From contig NW_024704743.1 in NCBI RefSeq assembly GCF_018977255.1, positions 59,460,001 through 59,524,000 of the forward strand: a stretch of 64,000 nt of DNA. Reading direction: 5' to 3'. The notes below the pieces were generated by a model, which saw only the letters and a list, made by a program, of their open reading frames with translations, made no database searches and was not told the DNA's origin. Shown piece after piece: positions 1 to 13,459 of the stretch (position 1 is the first letter of the stretch; each line of letters starts with the position of its first letter). This DNA comes from Callorhinchus milii (Eukaryota). A program made the position numbers and the translations under genes.

Positions 1-1974
1 GAGGGGGCAAATTGCCATTTGATGTGTCACAAAATGTTATTTATGGAGGTGGAGAAAAGTGCAAACAAAAAAAAACCTGCTTTTATTTCCTCTTTCCTCC
101 CTTGCCCCATTAATCATCAGTCTTCTTCCCAGGTTGGATTTTCTTATTCACTCTCCAGTTCCATGTTTCATTCATTGCAAGCCCCATCAACCACAATGTC
201 GCTCACTAAAGCTGGAAATTTTGAAGCTGGTTTGCTGCACTTGTAGATTTGTTTGATGAAATTTTGCAAATAAATTAGTATTGAGCAGCAGCTGTCCAGT
301 GGAGCTGGGAGATTTCTAAAGGAGGATTGTACAAAGAATTTTAAAGATCACTGCAACAAAAAAAAGATAGGCTCTCTTAAGTCCACTTCACAGTAACATG
401 CTAATGCGTTTTTAACATTCAGTCTCCCTGACTGGATGGAACCTCTATAGTGAAAAATGTCAGTTCTTCTCTCGCTTTCTCCCCACTGCTTTTCCCTTCC
501 TTGCCAGCCTCTTCTTACTTGGAAGAAGCAATAGCAGTAGAAGGAGGTGTAAGGAGGTGTTTTGCTTCCAAAATATACAGTCAATTCACTTACAGTATAT
601 TTTGTGAAGTGCTTTGAGACATCCTGAAGAGATGATAAGGCGCTATATCAAATGCAAGGATTATTATTATTACGACAATCTCTGGAGCATCGTCCTGCAG
701 CGGATTCAGCATAGGTAGTGAACAGTAAGAGAAGATAGCATTAGAACCAGTGAGCTGGATGACAAGGAGCTGGGCTTGGCTGCATAAAGCTGGTACTTAA
801 CTGATTTGAGTTGAAGAAACTGGGGCTTGACCGAATCAGGTTGGAAGTTGCGCTAGGGTGAACTTGGTTAGGAGAAGTTGGGGTTTGGCTGCGTCTGGTT
901 AAGAGTTTATAGCAGTTTCCAGGGCACTTGTTTTTTTTTGTACTTCTAATTAGTTTAGGCTCCTAACTAATCAGAAGCATAGAAACAAGTGTTCCTTTTT
1001 CCAGATTAGTTGGTTTTATTACCCAAAATTGAACAGAAAAATTATAAGTAGTCAGATTGAAATGACCAGGGGAACAATAAGCAATGTTACAAGAACATAG
1101 AGCTGTTCAGCAAATGCTTCTTGGCACAACGTGTTGCTTGCAGATGTTAAATTCTGTGCTTAACAGTCTATCAGAATTTAATAGTAATTTGCAAATAGAT
1201 AAACAAAGTTCCAGGTTTGGGAGAAGAATAAAATGGATGCTTCAGAGACCTAAGACTATAATACGACAGCTGAATTTATTTTAATTGGAGAAAGAACAAG
1301 TGTGCTGGGCAAGTAACATAATTCAGTTTTTTTAAAATGCTCAGAGCTATGGATGATGTAAAGGTAATCAAGCAATTTCTCTTGAATATTGCAGAACCAT
1401 GTTTAAAATTAACATTCCTCAAGTGTTACTAGATTTTATTTTCCCCACAGAGAGCAGCTAATGTGCAACAGAACAGTAATGAAACGAGTTGATGCTTCAT
1501 CAGTTAACTCCTAGAGTTTTGTGTCAGCAAATAATATATTGTTATTATTTTCAAAATATTCTCCAACAAGATACTTCTGTTAAAACTGAAGATTCTGTAC
1601 ACATTTTATTTTCTTCCAAATTCTTAACAATACAATTAAACAAAATAAGGCTCAACTAAAATGTTTGCAGGCTAAAGATTTCTAGCTTTTCAGGAGCATC
1701 AGGCAAACCTGCATGCTGAACTAAATTAAAGAAATATCAGCTTTCTGCTGCTGAGTTTCAGTTAATTAATGATGAGTACAGCTCCATCTTGAATACACTT
1801 GGACCCGGTTATACTGTAATGCTTTGGTATAATGTGAGTCTGTATATAGCATAGGTGCATTGTTGACTCTTCAATATACTTGAAGCGCAGTGCACTTTTG
1901 GTGCGTTAGCACTCAGAAGCAGAAAGCCTTCCAGCACTCCAATAACTATTGGAAACACTTGTGGTTGATGCCTA

Positions 1975-2545
1975 AGTACGCACATGCACAGTGTGGTTCA
2001 GTGAGGTTAGCATTGACATGCGGAAACCCATCACAATGCTCGAGTATTCAAACCAAACTGAGAGTTCCCACCTACACATGGAAATTCCCGGGTATTGGAA
2101 TAGAATGCGCTCTCTCTCCTCAAAGGGACGCATTCTGCATACCTAATTTGAGAGAGTATTACACACAGGTTGGCAGAAGCCAAATCTTGCGGAGCCGAGA
2201 GTGTGTGTTTGGGTATTGCTGAAGTTTAACCAGTTAAAACTGCATAGCTTGTCATTAAAAATGCTGGGTGGCAAGCTTCCAGTTGCTTTACCAGCTAGGA
2301 CCAGCCTACCCGTTAAGGCATTGGCTTGAAGTGCTAAAGGAGCTGAGTAGGAAGAATTCCTGCCCCCAGTTACTGGTCTGTCCCTCCAAGTCCTACTGAC
2401 GAGCGAGGCTGTCATCAGCAGTCCCCTAGACTCCCGCAGCCCTGCTGGCTTAGGAACTGGACCACCAAGACCGCCACAGAGGTGTGATTCCAACATTCTG
2501 TTGACAAACATGTCACCTCAGCTCCAAGGAGACCCCCGGGATTGT
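1975..2545. mobile_element. Partial copy (one arm) of the palindromic element family
   Basis: Shares ggaaaccca, ccagctaggaccagcctaccc, cacagagg and catgtcacct motifs with 53180-53600. Confidence 0.65.
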
Positions 2546-2929
2546 TCTGGATTTGTTTAAAAGCTCATTTGGAGTACAGTATAGCTGTACTGTAGTAATA
2601 GTAGTTTCAAATATTTGCTTTCGTTTTAAAAAATGTTTTACTTCTTATTTTAGGTTAGTTAATTCTCTCACACTTTCTGTAGTATTTGATTAATAGAAGA
2701 TATTCAGTGAAGAGAACGGTTTGCTTAGCAAGGACTACCTCACTAAGAGGCTGCTATCACAGGGGGAATGTTAAATAATTGAGTTTGAGAACCAAAAGCT
2801 TAACAGTGCCTGGTTGAATTATTGATTGCATGGTACTTAAGTTTCCTATCTACTACATCAGTTACAGTGCCATTGAATTGCAAATGTAATCCAATTCAAA
2901 GCCATTGCTACGTCTCTTCAAACTTTTTT

Positions 2930-3781
2930 CCTTCCGGCTCTGCACAGTCACCTGCAGTGTACCCCAAGGTTCCATCTTTGGCGCCCTTCTTTTCCTCATT
3001 TACATGCTCCCTCTCAGCGATGTCATCTTCAGTCACAGAGTAAATTTCCCCATGTGTGCTGCAGACAACACCCTAATGTAGTTTTTCTCATCTAGCTGCA
3101 GCTCCAGGTCTGCTGATGTTCTGTTTGTTTGTTAGACATCAAGGCCTAGATGAGTACAAACTTCCTGCAATTAAACGTTGACAAGACGGAAGCCATACTC
3201 CTTGCCTCCCGTTAACATCTCTCCTGTGGCTCTGACCTCCTCAAACTCCCCAAAGACTTTCTCTAAGACTTAATGAATTTTGAAACTCTCAATTCCTCCC
3301 CCTTGCTCTCTACTTCCCCTTTTTCAGATCATACCTGAAAATCTTCTTGTTCGACTATGTCTATGGTCACCTCCCACCCCCCACCCCAGCGGCTCGGCGT
3401 CAGGCTCTGACACTGTTTTCAGATCCAGATCCCTTCACTCCCTGGCACCTCCCTACCTCTCCGACCTTCTCACTCCCCAATCCACCACCCGGCGCTTCCG
3501 CTTCTGCTTGACTGGCACCGGCCTCCTGCTCGTCCCTCGCACCCTCCACCCCACCAACGGAGGTCACGCTTTCAGCCACTATGCCCCGAAACTCTGGAAC
3601 ACTCTCCCTCAATCCCTTCGCCTTGCCCCCTCTCTCCCCTCTTTCAAGTTCCGCCTGAAAACTTTTCTCTTCGACCATGCTTATGGCCACCTCCCACCTC
3701 CCTCCGGCTCGGAGTCAGGCTCTGCCACTGTTAAGCGCTCTGAGACGCTACCCTGAATATAAGTGCAAGTTGTTGTTGTTT
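2930..3781 (+). mobile_element. L2 LINE 3' relics (RT fragment plus 3' end)
   Basis: Degenerate GVPQGS and ADD motifs; AFSHYAPKLWNTLPQSLR..SLPSFKFRLKTFLF C-terminus; (ttg)n tail. Confidence 0.85.
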
Positions 3782-3897
3782 AGCTCTCCGAGGTGTTTCC
3801 AGTTGATAATGCTAGCAAGTCAAGGTTATCAATATGATGAAATTATTACTTTTTCATAAAATCCCTGGTTACACAACTTTACTGTAATATATGTGTG

Positions 3898-3931
<34 letters not shown>

Positions 3932-4808
3932 AAAGGGGGACTTAATACAGAAGGACTGAAATAGTTAGTGGCACAAACAGAGAGGGAGAAAGGGATACAT
4001 TCAGAGAGATAGATGTACATTCACAGAGAAACTGAACAAGGAACATTGACATATATAGGGGTAGAGGGAGAAAGAATGTCAAATACATAAAGTGAGAGAA
4101 AGAGAGAGACAGTGACATACAGAAGAGAGACTGATAGAAAGCAAAAAACAAAAAACAGTAAAACAAATGAACATAATACTAACAGAACAAAACTACTGAG
4201 AGGTTTTAGTGTGTGGGGGCGGCAGACAAAAGAGAGAGAGACAGAAAACAACAAAATGATGGGCAGAAAGGCTACGGGAGAGGGAGAGTGAGAAAAGGAG
4301 AGAAAGAAACCTGCACAGAAGCAGTCAGTGCCAGGGGAGAGAAGGGGGCAGTCCTCCCTCCCCATGCACTGCACAACCTCTTGGAACAGAGTCAAAATCA
4401 CAGCCAAGGACAGGATTCTAGGAGAAAGAGGAAGAAAATGAGTGAAAAAGAGGAACAGAGACTTGGCAAGGACAAACAGTGATGTCTGTGATGTCTCCTG
4501 AAACTTTCAATACTAGATAGATTTATTTGCTATTTTGATTTTGTGAAACGTCACCTAATTTTACTTCCACAATGTCACAAAACAATGCTCAAAAACTTTA
4601 ATTAAAATGTTGCTATACATTCATCTTTTTAATTTTTTTAAATGTTTTCATATAAGTAGTTGAATTGGATAACAGAGGATAAGTTAAATTTAGGATAAAC
4701 ATATTTAATGACGATAATCTCATTAGGAAGAATTTCTAATTAGTTTAGAAGCACTAACACTGTATAGTGATTGAATACAAGTCTAAATGTTTTGTTTGTT
4801 CCACCAAG

Positions 4809-4942
4809 GGACAGCATTTGGTTGTGCTGACAAAGTTCTGGAAGGTGTAGTCCCCAATGAGCATGGGACATGGCTCTACGGGAGAAATGGGTGGTGTGAT
4901 GGACAGGATGTGGCACCATGGAGAACAGATGTCACTGACCAG
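4809..4942 (+). CDS. Penultimate coding exon of a PNGase F-like (N-glycanase C-terminal domain) protein
   Basis: AG at 4807-4808 and GT at 4943; 134 nt, open: (G)TAFGCADKVLEGVVPNEHGTWLYGRNGWCDGQDVAPWRTDVTDQ. GTW..GR.GWC.G..V.P...DV matches the PNGase F C-terminal motif GNW..DRAGWCPG..VP...DV, recognised from memory. Confidence 0.88.
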
Positions 4943-5029
4943 GTACATTTTGACCTTTAAACTACTAGAAGTGGGGGAAAAAAACATCTGATGGTTGTTT
5001 TAGGGATTTCTATATGACTTTGCAAATCA

Positions 5030-5480
5030 GAATTGAATCAGCCATCTGTGATGGTATTTGTAATTGGTTCCTGACGCAGGTGGGTCTGCAACACTCCTGG
5101 GCACTGCTGATGATGGCCAGGCGGCCTAGCTCACTGGTAGGATTTTCAGGGGCAGTACTTGGTGGCAGGGATTCTTCCTATTCAGCTTATTAACCCTGCA
5201 AATCAAAGCCCTAACAGGTAGGGTGGTCCCAGCGGGAAGCTTGCCAGACAGTGCTTTCAATGGTAAGCTATGCAATAGTTACTGGTATCCGAAGCTTCAG
5301 CTCTTGCCAACCTTCACCTAATAGTCTCCAGAATTAGATAAACAGGGCAGGTCCCCGGGGAGAGAGTGCACATTACAATCCAAACATGGGAATTTCCATG
5401 AGTAGGTGGCATGCATGGAACTAACTATGTTTGGTTCAGATACTTTAAAGCATGGTGATGGGTTTCTGCATGTGTCAGGT
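5030..5480. mobile_element. Partial copy (opposite arm) of the palindromic element family
   Basis: cactgctgatgat, aaagccctaacaggtagggtggtc and gtgcacatt motifs shared with 52740-53100. Confidence 0.6.
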
Positions 5481-7394
5481 TCTTCGAGTGAAAAATAATT
5501 GCTTCTTAACCTCATTAGCTCTAAGGAATATAATTTACATTTACATAACCTCTCATCATAGCTAAGAACCTTCATTCCAGGCATCTATCCAGTGAATTAC
5601 CTCAAAAGCTAGTGTTTCTTCGTAAGATTGGGTGCCCCAAACTGAACATGATACTCTAAATTGAAGCATAGATATTATAACTAGTATTATAATTGATAAT
5701 ATGCCATCTGAACATGTGAACATCATTGAGGTGTCTAAATAGATATGTTTCTAGGAAGCACTTAGCAGTGTTTTACTTCAGTAACCAAATAAAATAAAAT
5801 AGCTAGCAGATAATAAAGACATTAGTTTCTTACATTTTTGTTAGCAAGGGAATAATGCAGCTGTGCCTCATCACACTGTCTGTTTGGTGGACATTTTTAT
5901 TTTCGAAACCAAACCCCAAAAATGATAACTCTTTTGTAAGATAGAAAATTATAGTCAGTTTTTGTTCCAATTTGTTGAAGCTGAATAAATCTTGTCGTGT
6001 CTTCTAGAAAAACAATGGTGAAGCTACAGGAGCATGATTAAGGTTAAAATTTAAGAATTGCGGTAATTTTGAGATTGGTAGGCGAATTTACTCAATTTCA
6101 TCACTCCTTGTACGAGACCCTCCAATCTGGCTGCCACCATGCCCATAGCGCTCACACGCTCTTGTGGGAGTTACAAATGATATCCTCTCTGTCCGCAACC
6201 AGCTCCCTGAGCCTCGTCGTCTTTCTTGACCTCTCCACCGCCTTCAGCACTGTTGACCACTTCATCCTTCTCCCCTCCCTGATACACCTCTCCACCATTG
6301 TCTGTCTAAAAGACAAGGCCATGATTCTATAAACTGGAACAAAAAATGACTAGAATTTACTATTTACAAAAGAGTTATAAGTGTCAGCCATTTTATAGTG
6401 CCCACCATTATAATGATAGGTCTGAGATTAAGGACCTATCCTGCACAAAACAGTAGAACAAGAGTTGAGAGTTGAAAAGGACAATTTCAACACACACACA
6501 GCAGGACGTTTTTCGTTCTTCGGAGGGTAATTAACAACCGGGACAGGTTGCCAGGAAGGGTGGTTTAGGCCAGCACACTGGACTCATTTAAAAAGCAGCT
6601 TGAATCTGTAATGGCAGGACTGTGGTAGGGTGGGTACTATGGAGAGATGAAGTCAGAAATTGGCTGAAAAATGTTCCCCTCTGAAAAACATTTTTGGTTT
6701 ATATTTCCTCAGTATGATACCATTACACATGAGTTAAAATGTCCTGTCATTAATCTGTGAATTTATACTTGCATCTAATAAAATAGTCTAGAATAATGAC
6801 AATAAGGGAGATTAGAATCCTGTAATCTCACGGATGAAATTGTAGCATTAGACATAGAGCATTAGAATAATTTGTAGACATCATTAGAATTCCAGAGGTA
6901 TAGGTAAGAAACTCTAAATACCTATTTTATATGTTACTGTATTTATATAATCAGAACTATTTCATTTTTATGATGCAAGTATCACTATAAACATTATCTC
7001 AATAATTCATGTCCTGTAAACAAGCTAGCATCTATAAAACAAGATTAACAGCTTCTGCTGTTAATACTTCAGTTGATCAAGAAGAAATTTAACAAATTCA
7101 CTTCATTTCTAATTGATTTCACTCTGTAAAAAAAAACTTTTGAGAGATTTAGTTTGTGAAAAGAATCATGTAAATTAATTACTAGCAATGCAATTATTTC
7201 CTTAAAGACACCCCTTCAGTTTGTGTTTAGTCTTTGTGATCACAGAAATAGTGTCAAAAGTTCTAAATTACTAAATTTAGCCTATTTTATGAGGGTTTTA
7301 ACCCATTTCTAATGATTGTCCTTCTTGGAGATGGCTAAGCTATTTGTGGATGAGCAGGCTTTAAGATGATTTGCATAGCAGTGGAATATCATAA

Positions 7395-7680
7395 TGAAGT
7401 CGATCTTTTATGATAGTGTCTGACTGTTCAGGTGGATGTTAAAGATCCCATGGCACTATTTGAAAAGAGAATGGAGTTTCACCTGATGTCCTGGCCAACA
7501 ATCCCCCAAATAAAATTGGTCATTCACTCCATGGCTGTTTGTGGGATATTGGTTATGGAACTGGCTATTGCCCATAACATAACCAGTCAATCCACTTAAC
7601 CAGTATATTCTGGAAAGCGCTTCCGAGACATCTCGATGGTGTGATAAGGCATTTTCTCAAATGCAAGGATTATTATTATG
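7395..7680 (+). mobile_element. Deu-domain SINE relic
   Basis: tcaggtggatgttaaagatcccatggcactatttgaa...tgtcctggccaa core plus L2-type tail. Confidence 0.8.
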
Positions 7681-8701
7681 TATTTATTTGTTGTTTTAGT
7701 ATTCCATTCCTGATCCTGGAAAGATCCACAGTATTTCAAAGCGCTGGTTTATCAGCAAGATTTGGAGTGGGGCTGGACCAATTTGTGGATTAAAGAATCC
7801 CACTTGGCTTCTGCTAACTCTGCAAGCCAAAGCTCTAACTGGTAGAGTGGACTTAGCTGATCAAGCAGCAGAAAACTTGCCAGACTGGTCTTGTGATAAC
7901 ACAAGATGTGTGTTTTTAACTAGTTAAACTCCAGCAAAATCCTAGTGCACATGCTGGAGTCCTGAGCCTTGGCTACTGCCAATCTGTGCCTAACACATTG
8001 TGGATTTAGGAGGGCACGTCCCTCCTAAGAGTGCGAATATGAAAGATGAAAGAGTGATTATGAAACATGTGAGAAAGTGAGCTCGTTGATACATCATTAT
8101 GTGAACAACAACACATTGCATTAAAAGGTGTTGTATAAATGCAAATTGTTGAAGTTGTACTCAGTTAGGCTGTAGGCCATAGGGAACTTAGTGGTCCCTA
8201 CTGTTTTTATGGTTGACTTGTTGGAAAGGATTCTAGTTTGTTTTGCAATGGTTAACTTATGCTTCTGCTTTTTTTGAAAAGGGAAATAGATATTTCCTCT
8301 TTATTCCTTTGAGTTTTAATAATTATAAATAAGCCTTGCATTCGATAGCGCCTTACCACAGCTTTGAGATGTTTCAAAGCGCTTCACAGAATAAAGTAGT
8401 GTGACTATGTATATTTTATAGTCGAGGGTTTGTTTAACAGCACCGTAATCACCAACATCAACCCACTGAAAGTCTTGTGTTGTTTATTGTTTTGATGGCA
8501 TAAATGTACCACACTGATGTTCCATGGTAGTAAAATTAGTAGGCTAATTTTGTTCATAGGTATATATAGCTCAGCTTGTCAATTTAAATAATAAGGTAGC
8601 AATGAAACCCGAGTGACCAGAATACAAGTGCAAGTTATATAATAAAGTACAATTTAAATTCATATATAGCATCTTTCACGCAGGGACATGAGTCAGTTAT
8701 G

Positions 8702-9060
8702 ATGTCAGTCTGGCTCATTTAGTAGCACCTCTTGTCTCTGAGTCAGAAAGTTGTGGGCTCAAAGCCCACATCAGAACTTTGAATTCTCACAGTCTCGGCT
8801 CACTCTCCAAGTGCCATTCTTTGGATGAAACGTTAAACCGAGGTCTAACCTGCCTATTCAGGTTGATTTAAAAGATTGCATGGTACGATTCAAAAAGAGA
8901 AGGGAATTTCTCTATTGTCCTGGCCAACAATCCCTCAGATAAAATTGATCATTCATTGCTGCACGGCTGTCTACAAGTTATCTGCCATATTTACCTACAA
9001 AATATACAGTTGTGAGACATCTTCCTGATGTGAAGGGTGCTATATAAATGTAAAATTGTT
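8702..9060 (+). mobile_element. Deu-domain SINE, near full length
   Basis: tgtcagtctggctca head, gagtcagaaagttgtggg and Deu core. Confidence 0.8.
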
Positions 9061-9630
9061 TTTATTTGCCAAATAGTTGAATTGAGCTAAATCAGGCTGT
9101 CAGTTTCAGATGTCTCTCACACCTCTGAAATGTATCCTGTATCCTGCTGTCACGAGCAGAGATGCATGTGTTTTTTTTGTTTACTAATGATTTTTTAAAA
9201 GTAGAGTTTGTTTCCGAGCAATTTGGAGGATAGGATGGTCTACCTTTGCAATGGGGTGCATTGTTCAGATTTGTAGTTAATGGGGGAATAATCTGCACAG
9301 AGTAAATCATGTGCATTGTAAATCCCCCTGCTATAGAGCAATGCACAGTTTATATGAGATGAGACAGTGTTATGAATCCAGACACACAGATACTTCCTCA
9401 GGTGTGACTAGCTTTTCAAACAGATGAGGCAGCTCTAACTGAAAATTAGACTGGCTGGGAGAGCAATTAAGGGCACTTATGGGGATGGTGAATTTTGAAT
9501 ACTGGATTTAATCCCAGTTAAACACAGTTTAGCTAAATCTAACAAAGTGTTGGATTAAGATAATAACAGCAATTAGAATACCTGCTGTTCAATAAGAAAA
9601 ATAAATCTGCAAATCAGCATTGATTGTCAG

Positions 9631-10002
9631 AGTCCTGTAGCCTAGTGGTTAGAGCACTCACCTCGCAAGTGAGAGGACCTGGGTTCGATTCCCGGGCAGG
9701 GCAAAACGTTGGGCAAGTCTTGTTACTCCACACACCTCTGTTTACCTAGCAGTAAGAAGGAACCCGGTTGTTATTCGATTGGTGGATCTCTTTTCCGGGG
9801 TAATAATTCCATCAAAAAAAAAAAAAAATTGGTCACTCAATGCACAACTGTTTGTGGGACACTGCTGTGCGCAATTGGCTGCCATGTTTCACCCACAATA
9901 TACACAGTCAATTCATTTACAGTTTATTCTGTGAAGCGTTTTGAGACGTCTCAAAGACATGATAAGGTGCTATATCAAATGCAAGCATTATTATTAATAT
10001 TA
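9631..10002 (+). mobile_element. Full-length tRNA-derived SINE (long subfamily) with L2-type tail
   Basis: A box tagcctagtgg, B box ggttcgattcc, central cctctgtttacctagcagta, tail aagcgttttgagacgtc...aaatgcaag(tta)n. Confidence 0.9.
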
Positions 10003-10350
10003 TTGTTGGACTTCCCAACTCTTATTTCCACAAGCTGCAGATCATCCAGAACTTTGCAGCTCTGGTCCTCTCCCACACCAGGCTCGGTGACCTCACCCGG
10101 CTCCACTGGCTCCCCATCCCTCAGAGGATCGAGTTCAAAATCCTCATCCTCACCTTCAAAGCCCTCCATGGCCTTGCCCTCTCCAACATGCTAACCCTTT
10201 AGCAACCTGTCTGCCCCCTCCGCTCAGCAAGCTCTGGCCTGCCTCCATATCTCCCGCCCGGCCCACCCCACCATCGGCGGTTCGGCCTTTCAGCCTCTCT
10301 GCCCTCACCCTCTGGAACTCCATCCCACATTCCCTTTGCCTCATTCCCTC
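10003..10350 (+). mobile_element. L2 LINE fragment
   Basis: LHWLP..RIEFKILILTFKALHG and LWNSIP motifs. Confidence 0.85.
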
Positions 10351-10769
10351 AATTAAACATCATTTTTTGTACGGATTAATTAATTTCAGAGGAGAAAATA
10401 GATAACATTAGTAACTTGTTTAAAAATGTATAGCACCAGATCTTTTCAAAGGCTTTGGAGATGTTGAAACAACGATGCATCTTGTTAGGTTATTTAAAAT
10501 GGATTGGCTGCTGTGTAATAAGGAAAAAAAGCTGTGTATAGTTTTCAAATTATGTTAAATAACTGAAATTAAAATAAATGCTTCTTTATAAGGTAGCATT
10601 TTAGGTACAATACTTGGAATATACATTAAAGTAAATTACAATACAATGATTGCTAATCCTCATAAGGGCATAAATTAGCTAAAATAAAAAATCTAGAATA
10701 TATTTTTTACTTTAATACTAGTTAAAATAATAGACATTTGACAAGGCAGAAAGAAACTTTTTCCTCCAG

Positions 10770-11072
10770 TAAGAGAATCTAGAACAAGAGAATTAGAGCT
10801 AAACCAGTTAAGAGTGAAATCTGAAAACAATTTTCACACAAAGGGTTGTGGAAATGTGGAATTTCCTACACCCAAAGGTTGTAGCTGCCTGGTCAATTGA
10901 AATCTTTAAAGAGGGAGATGGATGGATATTTGGTAGGCAGGGATGGTATCAAGGCATATGGTGAATGGGCAGGGAATATGGTGTTAAATTGCAGATCAGC
11001 CACGATCCAGTAAAACGATGGAGCAGGTTCAACGGGCCGAATGATCTATTTCCTGTTCTCATGTTATGTTCT
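10770..11072 (+). mobile_element. CR1 LINE 3' end
   Basis: F.QRVV..WN.L motif and the typical CR1 3' UTR ending ttatgttct. Confidence 0.85.
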
Positions 11073-11386
11073 TAAACACTAGAGTGGCCAATATTGTTAA
11101 TTTGCAAACTATCAATTTAGTTTTGTTTAGAAGAGTAACAGTCACAGATAACAAACAAGTACAATCTAGCCTTCAACTTTGTACTATTGGGATGAATATC
11201 ACATGGGGCGTGCCAAAAAACTTTCAGTTCTTAAATGTTCTGGCTGAAAGGTAATGTGCAGCAGAGCAGCTAAAGAAAGGGGTTGAAGAACTATTTATTT
11301 TAAAAAGGTGGAAAATTATTTTTTTAAATGTGAATTTATCATAATGTGATTGAAGTCATTAATTTTCTTCTCCTTTTCTGTTCCAG

Positions 11387-11506
11387 GTGAACTTAGGTGG
11401 GATAAACGATATCTTGTATTTTGGCTTGTTCGAAGGCAAAGATCCAGACCCCAAACAGAATCCTGGATACATTATATTGTATTCCTACCTTATATTCTAC
11501 AAGTAA
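11387..11506 (+). CDS. Terminal coding exon of the PNGase F-like protein
   Basis: Strong pyrimidine tract ttttcttctccttttctgttccag; phase 0 matches the previous exon; VNLGGINDILYFGLFEGKDPDPKQNPGYIILYSYLIFYK* ending in TAA at 11504-11506. Confidence 0.85.
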   Translation: MNLGGINDILYFGLFEGKDPDPKQNPGYIILYSYLIFYK

Positions 11507-13459
11507 ATTGTCAAAGCTTTTTATCCAGGGCGTGAAATTAGCATTACCTCAGGAGCAATTTTCTACCAAATATTAGAAATGTGCTACTGAGATGAGAATC
11601 TCTTGGCATAATGTAACTGTCTGTAAGCTGTTTTGTTGCTGTTTGTTGTCACAATCACTGTCTGCCAATTGTAAGACCCAGAATGAACATCAGTCATGGG
11701 CAGGATCAGAAGCCACCATTTCATAATTTAACTTGCAATCTTGTTCACTTATGGTTGCACAAAAGTTTGGAAGAGCAATGCAGAATCATAATTGTCCAGA
11801 TTTGCTAATTTTTTGGCCAGAAATATACTTATTTATATCCAAGCAGCAACCTTTTCTGCTGTTATCAATTTAATATTTAACCCTGATTCCTTTACTTATT
11901 CGTTTTTCTACAGAAACTCCAAAATAGGTATGATTGTTTTAAGTTTTTAGTGGCCATTTTTCTTCATGTCTTCTGTAATTGATCTTATGAAAATGTGGTT
12001 CATTACATTTTGAACCTGTAATTTTGGGGGAAGGTTACTGAAGATTAGCTGTATCAATATATATCGCAATGGCAGTGGTTGCGTATTGCTTTCTTTATCG
12101 AAAAAATGACCTTACAGAATTGAAAGATGACTACTGAAAACCAGGATTCCTGATGGACCTGTCTCACAAAACTATGCTGAAGTACCTAATTTGTTAATCG
12201 CATCACCACTGCCAGAAATCTGACTGCACATCACAGTAAGATTATCGAAATTGCCTTTCAATTTTCCATTCTCTTCTTTCCTATCCTCAGTTCATGAGCT
12301 ATAATGAACAGTTTCCCATTTTTTAAAAAAATTGATTCATTTGGTTGTAATCAAGCAGTGCTGTATGTGTTTAGCCACATTGTCGAAAAATGCAAAAGTA
12401 TTTGATCAAAACTTCTAACTGGAAACTTTCATGTTGCCTAGTTTAAAATTATGCTGCAAACTGACTAGAGGGTTAAATATGGTGCTTCAAATCAGACCCC
12501 AACCCCCAATACCCCAGTGTAGGTAGCACAACAGCTACTGTGAAGATGTCTCTGACTTGTTATTCATAAGTTTTTTTTGGAAATGAACATACACATCAGT
12601 TTCAATGTCGGAGACAAATGACTTCAAAGTGAAATTTGTTTTATATACCTCGGGGTTACTAAAACCTATTCTGAGGATTGGAACATTCAGCTTTTGTGAT
12701 GGATATGTTAGTCACGTTTACCAGAGTATTTTAAGATATTTTGAGAGGATTAACATTTTGCACGATTGCAGGATTTGTATTCTGCTAGCACCACTACAAA
12801 ATTAAGTGCATTCTCCCTGTTCGAAAGACTAACTTGCTGTGTTTATGCTTTGACTGGTAGTGTGTTCTTGCATGCAAATGTTTTATGGGTCTAATTGGCT
12901 TAGTTTTTTACCATTTTTTACTGTATATTTCTGTCGGCGGTCGGGCCTTCAGCCTCTGTCCCCGCCCTCTGGAACTCCATCCCACATTCCCTTGGCCTCA
13001 CTCCCTCACTTTCCATCTTCAAGGCACACCTCAAGACCCTCCTCTTCGGCCACCCTCCTACCCTCTTTGCCCTCCACCCTCCACAATTCCAACACCCACC
13101 CCTCCCTCCCTCCCTCCATGTTCCGTGCCTTGGGACATCTTCCCGACGTGAAAGGTTTTTTAAAATGTAAACTTGTATTTGTTGCATTGATTCATATTAC
13201 CATTTTTTTATCACAAAGCCATACACAGGTTTTCTAGGTCTATTTGTAAAACTGGAACATTATGGAATTACTGCAAAAGTCACCCACCAAGTCCAAAATG
13301 TACCTCCACATAAATTTTGTTTCATAGCTTTTGCTATTTTTGATTTAGGCACTAAAACAGTTATTCCAAGTAAATGCAATGATCTTTGAGTGATTGTAAA
13401 CAATGCTACGCATATACCTAAAACTTGGCAAGATATAGAAATTGATAGATTAGGCACAA

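Noticed and set aside
1005..1512. Exon-like segments and ORF 1084-1284 as upstream exons of the PNGase F-like gene
   Set aside because: In-frame stops and no recognisable TGHG/EFC-type motif; upstream exons probably lie left of the window.
9631..9703. tRNA-Ala-like cloverleaf
   Set aside because: It is the head of a multi-copy SINE; acceptor/D-arm spacing is non-canonical and it runs directly into the SINE body.
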